DNA of 64,000 bases from Salpingoeca rosetta. Taxonomy: Eukaryota > Protista > Choanoflagellata. The first letter of the stretch is position 1. Each line of letters begins with the position of its first letter. The position numbers were made by a program, and so were the translations under genes. The stretch lies in the NCBI GenBank assembly GCA_033442325.1, contig JAWQFM010000001.1:3204235-3268234 (forward strand), in the 5' to 3' direction. The notes under the pieces were generated by a model. That model had not been told where the DNA came from and did no database searches. It saw nothing but the letters and a program-made list of their open reading frames with translations. Shown one piece after another: positions 54,199 to 64,000 of this stretch.

Positions 54199-56485
54199 AT
54201 GGAGCGCGGTGGCGGCGGCGCCGCTGTGGACCGCATGCTGTTCGCTTACAGACGGGATGCAGTTTCTGCCGCCAAGGCCGTTCAACAACAGCAACAGCAG
54301 CAACAGCAGCAGCAGCAGCAGCAGCAAGCCGGCGACGATGAAGCAGGGTTAGCGCTACAGCAATCTGACGATGCGTTTGATGTTGTGTGCTTGTGGAAGC
54401 AGGCGCTGGAGAGGCAATTCGGGCGCGAGCATCGACACACCAATGCAAGGGCGAGAGAGCTCGCCAACCACGCACTCAAGTTCAACGACGTTTGCGCAAC
54501 GCTGACCTCGGCCTGGCTGGCACGAGGAAAGCCATCGCATCTCCTCGTAACCTGCGACAGCTGCGTTGACATGCTGACGTTGGCCAGAACCACTTGCGAG
54601 GGCCTGTCAGGACTTGAAGCGCCATCGCACAACGACACAAACGCAGACACTGGTAACCTGGGCGCTGCAAAAGCCAAGCTCACATCCGCGCTTCAGCAAG
54701 CCCTTGTTCGCCGCGTGCAGGTGTTTGCCACCGCCGGGCACATGCTCCATCTCCTCCCAGACGCTATGCGCGACCTGGTCTTGGCTGTCTCCGCGGCACA
54801 CCACGGCACTGACGCAACAGCCCTTCTCCTTGAAATCGACGCGGCAGCCATCCCACACTGGTTTGCAGCGAGCAGCAGCAACAGCAGCGATGACAACGAC
54901 AGCAGTGACAACGACGAGAACAAGGTCGCATCAGCTCAAGCTGCAACCGCGTTTGTGACAGAGTATGCAGGGCTGATGTGCAATGTGTTGAAGCAAGCCA
55001 TGAGCACGCTGTTCCACCGCCCACCACGCAAGTGTTTGGCGCCGACCGCAGCCATCACACAGCTGGCGGCGCATCACGCCTTGTTCAAACTGCACGCACA
55101 CGTACAGCTTGCTGCAGACCCCAAACACAGCCAGAACAGCAAGAACAAGGACGTGAGCGGCACCTTGCGCACGTGGGCGAAGGAACTTCGATCCTTCCTC
55201 GACGCAGCACTGCGCAGGGCTCGTGAGCAGGATGCATTGGACGCCACTGCCCAGTCCCTTGCAGAAGCGCTGCTCTTCTTGCACGGCATGTGCATGCTGC
55301 ACGCCGCCAGCAACGGCACCGAGGAAGATGATGGCAACGGCAATGGCAAGCGCCCCACAGCCACCCTGTTTGCTGGTGCGTGCGGTGTTCTTGAGCGGAT
55401 GTGTCTCGCGCTTCTGACGCACGCCGGGCGTGAATCCATCGCCGAGGAGGCAGCACAAGCCATGCAAGCCCAGCACGCCCACATTTCCAGGCACAGCGAA
55501 CGCGCCGAGAACGTTGTCGATGAGGATCAGGGGCAGCGCATTTTCTCTCACGCACAAGAACACCAACACAGTGGCGCAGATAATGGACAGGATGGCAGCA
55601 AAACTGTGGCAGCAACGGCCCCCGAAAGTAGTCTGGAGCAGCTCTTGTGTGACATTGACTTGTTGGTGCAGTCCGTCTCCAGCAGTCCCGCGCCAACACA
55701 AGCAATTCTCGATACGGCCACTACTATCGCCACCGCACTCGAAGCCTTCGGCCCTCAGCACGACCTGTCCACCGCTCTTCTCTCGGATGTCATCACAGGC
55801 ACTTCCAAGGCCCTGGCCCTCGCATATGGTGAGGGGCGTGTATGTGTGTGGGAATTTGTAGCTGCGTGTGTGAATTTGTCGCTCCTTTACGTCGGTAACT
55901 GAGGTGCACGGCATGTGCATGCTGCACGCCGCCAGCAACCGGCACCGAGGAAGATGATGGCAACCGGCAATGGCAAGCGCCCCCACAGCCACCCTGTTTG
56001 CTGGTGCGTGCGGTGTTCTTGAGCGGATGTGTCTCGCGCTTCTGACGCACGCCGGGCGTGAATCCATCGCCGAGGAGGCAGCACAAGCCATGCAAGCCCA
56101 GCACGCCCACATTTCCAGGCACAGCGAACGCGCCGAGAACGTTGTCGATGAGGATCAGGGGCAGCGCATTTTCTCTCACGCACAAGAACACCAACACAGT
56201 GGCGCAGATAATGGACAGGATGGCAGCAAAACTGTGGCAGCAACGGCCCCCGAAAGTAGTCTGGAGCAGCTCTTGTGTGACATTGACTTGTTGGTGCAGT
56301 CCGTCTCCAGCAGTCCCGCGCCAACACAAGCAATTCTCGATACGGCCACTACTATCGCCACCGCACTCGAAGCCTTCGGCCCTCAGCACGACCTGTCCAC
56401 CGCTCTTCTCTCGGATGTCATCACAGGCACTTCCAAGGCCCTGGCCCTCGCATATGGTGAGGGGCGTGTATGTGTGTGGGAATTT

Positions 56486-56532
<47 letters not shown>

Positions 56533-58894
56533 TAGCTGTGTGTGTGTGGGGGGGGGGGTTGCTGTCGCAGTGTTGGTTTGCCGTGAGGCACCAGGTTGTG
56601 CATACACACGCGCGCTGGAACTGCCACGAAACATGTAGTGATAGTGAGTCCACCACCTAACGCCATGACCTTGAAATGCGTGATGTGCACTGCACTCGGT
56701 CCATGACTACGTACAGGCCGTGTGTTGCAGAGCAAGGAGCGAAGCGGCACAGACGCGCCTGTGTGGTGCCGTCTTGCCACGGCAGTGAACCAGCTCTCTC
56801 AACACTTGTGCGACGCTGCTGATACGAAAACCACCGCGTGGCTGTGCCAGGTTGGACATGGTGTTGTCTCATTCCTCTGTGTGTGTGTGCTTGTGTGTGT
56901 GCTTGTGTGTGTGTGTGTGCTTGTGTGTGTGTGTTTGTGTGTGTGTGTGTGCTTGTGAGTGTGCGTTCGAGTGATGTGCGCTTGGTTTGTGTGCTGTTTG
57001 CCAGATGTTTGCGTACACGTGCGTGCAAGTGTGCGCATTGTGTCGTGTCTAAATTGGCCCGGCATTTCTTGCAACAATGCAGCACTGTGTCGAGCCGAAA
57101 CGTTGCGTTCTGTTCATGAGCAGCCGCCAAACCGCCCGCCTTACCACTAATGTGCCATCCACACCAACACCACACCGTACTAAACACGGATTCAGGCTCT
57201 CTGTGGGTTTGTCCGAGCAACTTGGCCCATCGTTACTGCTGCAGGTGCGATTTTCACTTCCCAACGTGTTTGCGGTCACCAATGTGGCCCAATGCCATGA
57301 TGTGTTGCGTGGAACGCGTGCGGCTTGCATTCGCGCGGTTGCGCGCGCGTGTGTGGTTGTGAACATTTCGATGCTGGTGCAATCGCTCACGCCAAAGTTT
57401 TTCGTGCACGCGCCGCAGAAGACGGAGGCGATGGCGCCGCCGGTGAAAGCCTTTCTCGAGGCATTGCCTGCATGCACCTCTGCATCACCACAGACAACCG
57501 CTCATGCTTGGCAGAGGTTGGCTCATACACGATTCACACGTGTGTGTGTGTGAGTGAGTGTGTGTGTGTGAGTGTGGTTTGCTCGTGTGAGAAAGCGCGC
57601 GTGTATGCCTTCCCGCTTTGTTTTCCCTTGTACTTGTACACGATGCGCTCACTCACATTCGTCCAAATCGTGTTCATGCTGCAGGATAATGTGAGCACGC
57701 TGCTGTCCATGTTCGACACACTCGCGTACAACACTGCCCTTGAGCTCTACCGATCGCGCCATCGTCGGCAGCGCCAACAGCAGCAGCAGCGCCACGAACT
57801 TCCTCTGTTGTGTGCGGTGCTCTCGTACTCCGCTGCTGTGTGCACCCACCAATCACCGGCAAGCGCCTCTGCAATCAAGCACAGGGCAGCACGCCGTGAT
57901 CTCATGACAAAGGTGTGTGTGTGTGTGTGTGTTTGTGTGTTTGTATGTGTGTGTGCAGTCAGCGAGCAGACAGCGCATGTCGTGCTTATACCCATCACCG
58001 CTGTGCTGCTTGTGTGCATTGCAGTTTGTGCTTGGCCGCCATTGCGCTCCTCTCAGCTCACCTCCGATTACACCGTACACCACCACCCTCGCCGATTGCT
58101 TGCGCACCCCCCCCCAAAACCAACCACTACCACATCACGCATGCATATCTGCGGCTGCAGCTGGCGTGTCGAACGCACGGCCAAGCAAAAGGCACTGCGA
58201 TCAAGGCTGTGCTCGCGTGCATGGGGCGAACTGACCAGCAGGCGCGACTGTGCGCATGCGAAGATGCGGCTCTAGTCTGGTCTCATGTGCTTTCTGCAAA
58301 CACCTCGCTCATAGCGATTGACACCGGTACATCAGACGCGCCTTGCCAACAGGAGCGGTTTCGCCTCGCATGGCAAACGCATGATGACACCACGGTCGCA
58401 CCACAGCCAACGGCACCACTTCTTCCTCACCTGCTCAGGCAATTCCTCACTGATGCGGTAGGATGCACACATACATGTGCAATTTTGCACGTGCGTGTGT
58501 CTGCTTGCACTTTGGCGGTGGAGGTTGAAATGTTGCACCTGTGTGGGAGAGGTGTGCGCGCGGTAACAAGCCATCTTTTTGTTGTCAACGGCTGAGTGTT
58601 TTGCTCAACCCATTCAATGCATGCGCGTGTGTGAATGATCAACAACAGCCCGGTCCCAGCATTGCCGCTCTACTCGAGACACTGGCGCACCACAACCCAA
58701 AGGTGCACGTGACGGCACACACGCATGCGTACATGTTTGCTCGGCTGCGTTGCTGCTGATGCTTTGCTGTATCGTGTGTTGGTCTACTTGCGTATGTTTG
58801 CGTGTGTGTATGTGTGTGTGTGTGTGCGCGTGCGTGCGTGTGTGCGCGTGCGTGTGGGTGGGCGGGTCTACATGTGTGTGTGGGTGGGTGGGTC

Positions 58895-58933
<39 letters not shown>

Positions 58934-61900
58934 GCAGGGGTCCACTCTGTGTGTGTGTGTGTGTGCGTTGCGGCGGGTGTGCCTGCGCTGTAGCTTGGGT
59001 TTGTTTGCACATGTCTGTTGTCAATCCACTTGCACTTGGATCCAGTCCACCCACCTTGCACTCATTGCGCCCACGTTCCATTTCACCTGCGTCGCCACCA
59101 TGTCCATCACCGTCACTGTACAGGCTGGCGCGTCCCGGGGTGCATTCATCCTCCTGCTTGTAGTGCTCGAGCACGCGTTGGGCGCGAGCGAGGGAACACG
59201 TGGCGGTCGTGTCGACGATGCAGTCCCAAGCATCACTTTGAACACCTTGACCAACGTTGTGCTGAACATTTTCCACTACAGGTGCGTTGGTGTGGCAGCT
59301 GTCTTGCGCTTGTGACATCGAGCGGGTTTGTGTGCCTCCTGCTGTCGTCACATGTGCCACTGTTCTGCGACTGACGTACTCCAACACACACACACACACA
59401 ACACACCCCCCCCCCGCCATTCACAACGTACTGCTGGTACTTGTTCATTCCTATTCTTTCATCTGCTCCGCTGCGTTGACACACACACACGCACACGCAC
59501 ACTTGTGCACCAACGATTGCGTTGCAGGCTGCAGTTGGGTGTGCCAAAGACCACGGCTATTGCGGAGAGCTTGCTGTCCTCGTCCCTCCATGTGGTGTTT
59601 GAGAGTCTCTTAAAGCATATGGACACTCTGCTTGCTGCAATGTCACCGTCGTCGCAAGGCGTCACTGTCTCAACCAGCGCTGCGCGGGCCCTGCTTTTTG
59701 CTGATCCGACAACCGGTCTTGAGCCCAAGCCTTCGTCTGGCCTGGCCCCAGAGCTTTGCGCCTCCCTGTGCCTTCTCTTTGCCAGCAACTACGACGCGAC
59801 AAACATGGTCCGCACCCTCATGTTTGTGATTTGCCAGCGAATTGATTGCAGTCAACTGCAGACACGCACACGCACATGCACATATGTACGTGTCCGTATG
59901 TACACCCATGTGAAGCACGCCCACACGCTCACAAGTGCACACGACCACACGCTCACAAGTGCACACGACCACACGCTCACAAGTGCAAACGCATACGCAC
60001 CCTCTCTCCCCCCTGCCTCTTTCTCTCTTCCTCGCGACACACACACACATGTAAAATACATGTCTCACTTATGTGTCTGCTTTCATGGAGCACCCGTTCT
60101 TACATGACATGCTTGTGCGTTTCACTATTCAGGGGCTGTGGCTGAACCAGTTGCAGTGCGTGATGCAAGATAAGGAGGAGGGGTGTCACGATGACTACGA
60201 TGAGACTGCTGTCGTGTTCTCCCTGCTGCACAGACACTGGCTCTCCCTCTGTTCCACACTGGGCATCACCAGCAACCACAACCACAGCAGCAGCTTGAGC
60301 AGCAAACGCAGTGAAGACAATGTGACGACAGCACATGGTGTCGCAAACACCGCCCGCAATGCAGCTGTTGAGGCGCTCACCGCTGCTGAGGATGAGCTGG
60401 ATGCGTGTGTACAGCAGCTTGAAAGTGACGCACCGCACGTTGCCTTGCATTCGCTGCTCGCACGCGTGGAAGCGGGCACCTCCTTGCAGGCCACGCTGGA
60501 CGCGACGCGGTGGCGAACAGTGTGTGCTTTTGGCCCTCTGGTTAACACGCGCGCGGTGCTGCTGCTGGGGCGGTGCTACGAGCACATGGGCTGGGTCAGT
60601 CATGCCACAGCGTGCTTTCGCCGCCTGCAAACGCAAGCAGGCCGTCTCAGCAGCAGCGGCGTAGACGCTCTTGCCCGCTCCCACATGGCCGACGTGCTGC
60701 TGTGGGCTGGGCGCGTTGACAGCGCACGCGAGGTACTTGACACACCAGCACGTCACGTCGTCGAATGCCCCACGCTTCCAGCACCGAGCAAAGACAACGC
60801 GACTGTCTCACCAACTGCACCAACATCTCCGCCCTCATCCGCACCGGAGCCCATCGCCTCCATGGCAGCGTGCACTCGGGCCGAGGTGCTCACACGCATG
60901 GGGGAGGCGACAGGTGCTGCGCTGTGCAGCTGCATTGCCACAGCAGCGGCAGCCGTTGTGAACACGCAACAACGTGTCAGCGCCATAAGGAACAGCTTGG
61001 CACACGACTGCTTGTCCACCTCTTCTCGTGGTGATGGACAGCCTCCCACGGGATGTGACGCGCACAACCAACACCTTCTTCCATCTTGGCTGAGACTGCT
61101 TGCGGCTCGTGCACGCGTGAACGTGCACAACGCACTCTCCCACCAGGACACAGACTCTGGCGATGCAGTGGACGCCATGACCGCTGAGGTGAACAAGCTC
61201 AACATTGCAGACAGCAACCACCAGCAGCAGCGGCAGCATGAGGGGCAGGTGCAACCCATCCAAGAGCAGCAACAGCGTCGACAACAGCCACATTGCGGCC
61301 AGCGTCGCACGGAACGCAAGGAGGGGCGACGCGACACGACAAAGACGAACGAAGCGACACAGCGCCGGAGGAAGGCGGGCAAGAAGTGCACACCGCACGA
61401 CGCGAATGATGATGCCAGTGTGAGCTGTGACAATGAGAGTCTGGGAAAACGCGAAGCTGCGGCCGCCTTTGACGCTGATGTGCGTCGCAAAGCGCTGTCG
61501 AAGATGCTGGTGAAGGAGCTGAAGCCGATGCTGAGGTCAAAGGGACTGAAGGTGTCGGGGTTGAAAGCAGAGCTGGTGGAGCGATTGTTGGAGGCGGAAG
61601 CAGAGGAGGTCGATGCCGCCGCCGTCGCCGCTGCTGCTTCTGCTGCTTCTGCCGTTGCAGATGCTAACGCAGATGATGCAGAGGTACAAGAGGAGGAGGG
61701 AGGAGAAGAAAACGGAGGAGGAGCAGAAGAAGGAACGGGGAGCGAGGCGTGTAGTGACAATGACGGTGAAGCCTGCGAAGACTGCCTTGATGGCAGCGAT
61801 GATGTGATGCAGCGCCCACAACTCGAGCTGGAGAAAGAGGAGCGGGACACGACTTATGCAGAACACATGCGCAGCAGCCGAGTCCCTCTCTGCAAGGAGG

Positions 61901-64000
61901 ATACAATGCACTGGCTGCAGCAGCACGCCAACCACCCTCTCGTAACCGTGACACCTTCTCCCGAAGCAGAGTCAAACACGGAGCCGCCCCCAGCGCAGGA
62001 GGTGCGTGTGTATCTGTGTGTGCGCATGCTTGCGTGCGTGCGCATGTACGTGTGTGCACGTGCTTGCGTGTGTGTGTGTGAGTGTGTATGTGTGTGTGTG
62101 TGCTCTTCACGTTGTCACGGTTGACACCACGCCAACCTTCTTTCAGCGTCCCCAAAATTGTTACTGCCACTTGTACATCAACACTTCGCACGCAAACACA
62201 CACACACATACACTCACACACACGCACACATACACGTTTTGAGCAGGTCATTGCGCAACAGTGGAAGGCGGTGAATCAGCATTTTGCCTGGCGAGTTCAG
62301 GCTTCCGCTCAGACGAACAACAAACGCAAGCACTTTCAAGCAGCAGCAGCAGTAGCAGATGTGTGCGGACAAGATGCGTCTGTGAAGCAGATTGCGGCAA
62401 GTTTGCCGGTGGGCGTGGCGCTGTGTACGGTGTCGCGCCTTCAAGAAAGCACGCTGTTGCTGTCACGGGTTGTTCGGAGATGTGACGGCCAAGTGGAGAG
62501 CATTTCAGTGCCAGTGGTCGCCGACACCTGCGATGCATGGGGACACCAGGACGATGAAGACGCCATGAGCTGCGAGGAGGACGGAATTGCGAGCGGACCA
62601 GACGCGGTGATGGGCACTGCGGGCCGTCGAAGAAAACCGCCAAAGCTGGAGCTGTTCAAGCTGGAGGAGGAGGATGAGGAGGACGAGGACGAGGAGAAAG
62701 AGGGGAATGAGTGCGCTGGGTGTGCGGAGGTGGGAGAGGACACAGAAGAGACAGTGCAGACGAGGGTACGTCGCAACAGCAGCAGCAGCAGCGGCAGCGG
62801 CAGCAGAAGGCGAATGAGAACACGTCGAACGTCAAGGCGACGCGTGTGTGAACAAGGGCTGCGGAGCGTCGTGGAAGGTGACATCATGGGCAGCAACGAG
62901 GGGTCAGCCGACATGAAAGTCACACAGTTTGGTCACGTGCGCCGGCGCTTTGAACCCCTCGTGGCGACGGCAACGACATGCCAACGGCCTCGTCAACCGA
63001 GGAGCACGAACAACCGTACCACTGCCCGTGGTAGCGATGGCGATGGTGATGCTATTGCTGATATGGTTGTGCGCATGGCTGGCATCATTCAGGACAACAA
63101 GGCGTCGATTGCAATGGACGGCAGCACGCCGGAGGGCCGGCGGCGGTGGTGGCAGACGCGTCATGCACTCGACGCACGACTGCAGCGCTTGCTTGAGGAG
63201 ATGGATGAAGGCGTGCTTGGCCCGCTACGTGGCCTGCTTGGGGGCGAATACAGGAACCCTCAGCTCAACAACTTCATCGACGATAAGGTGTCACAATTTG
63301 ATGTCATTAATGTTTTGCTGTCTGGTGAAAATCAGGAAGCGCATCCTTTGGCATTGTGCTCATTCCATACCTGGTTGTCCATATGTGGTTTTCTGCGTTT
63401 TACGTGCACCGGCACGTCTTTTTGAGTGCCGTCATGTTGACATCAGTGTGTTGCGTTTGTTTATTTGTTCTTGTTTTGTTTTTGTTTTGTTTTTTGGCCC
63501 TGCTCACACTCACAATGCTACTGTTGTGGTGTTGTCACAGGTGATCAAGCTTGAACAAGAGCTCGGCGTGCCTCAGCTCCAGCGGCCGCTGTTGCGTGCG
63601 CTGGTGTCCACTGTGACGGAGGATGCGTGTCGAGGTCGAGCGTTCAGTGCTCAGAGATGGTCTCGCGTGGCACATGGCCGCCTGCTTCACACCACAGTTG
63701 ACGATGCACAGGTGAGGGAGGATTTGTGGAATGGGTACTGGCATGATGCGAACATGTGACGTGGCTTCCGTGTCAATTCATGGCCTTGTTTCGCTCTGCT
63801 AACCGTATTGAACCATTTTGCTTGGGTGTTGTTTCCTCGTTGGCACCCAGAACAACCTCGCCCCTGTGTTCTCGAGACTACACACCGACGCCCGCGCGTT
63901 TGCTCACGAGGTGAACACCATCCTCTGCTTGGCATGGCCGGGGGTGGAAGTGTGGTTGCCTGTGCTGCTGCTTCTCCTTGCACAAGTTACCTTCCTCTAA
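54199..64000 (+). CDS. ESPL1: Separase (peptidase C50), multi-exon, continues beyond window
   Basis: Long helical N-terminal exons, then LLLSR and RRWWQTRHALDARLQRLLEEMDEGVLGPLRGLL, the separase WWxxRxxLD motif. The catalytic His/Cys are not within the window. Confidence 0.8.
55281..56487 (+). repeat. ~580-bp near-identical tandem duplication (55281-55859 / 55906-56487)
   Basis: The copies appear identical except for three 1-nt insertions at the start of copy 2; a 46-bp junction separates them. Confidence 0.92.

Noticed and set aside
63434-63450. TGTTGACATCA match to the Copia LTR start
   Set aside because: Only ~11 bp match with no further similarity, so it is not the 3' LTR.

Overview
Intron-rich, GC-rich eukaryotic scaffold with (CA)n/(GT)n-packed introns and several N gaps; the style suggests a choanoflagellate such as Salpingoeca (inference, not checked). 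The first ~9 kb is a mobile-element nest. A Ty3/Gypsy reverse transcriptase is cut just before its YxDD motif by a Ty1/Copia element (5' LTR 430-748, half-tRNA-Met PBS, gag/integrase/RT). Across a gap follows a spliced gene the ORF track does not show as one unit. Joining its GT-AG introns gives a Fanzor1-type (eukaryotic TnpB/Cas12-like, RNA-guided RuvC) nuclease with an inserted CCHC zinc knuckle. A ~190-nt multi-hairpin, G-U-rich element lies ~220 nt downstream and is a candidate omegaRNA. The remaining ~55 kb holds host genes: NAT9, UAP56/DDX39, ribophorin I, GH13 alpha-amylase, an alpha2delta/CACHD1-like VWA-Cache protein, DNA polymerase iota, ITPase, a CAP-Gly protein, a probable tandem degenerate-SH2 protein, a C2H2 zinc-finger protein and a separase carrying a SAP motif (runs off the window end). 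Exon boundaries were derived by eye and no database searches were run.
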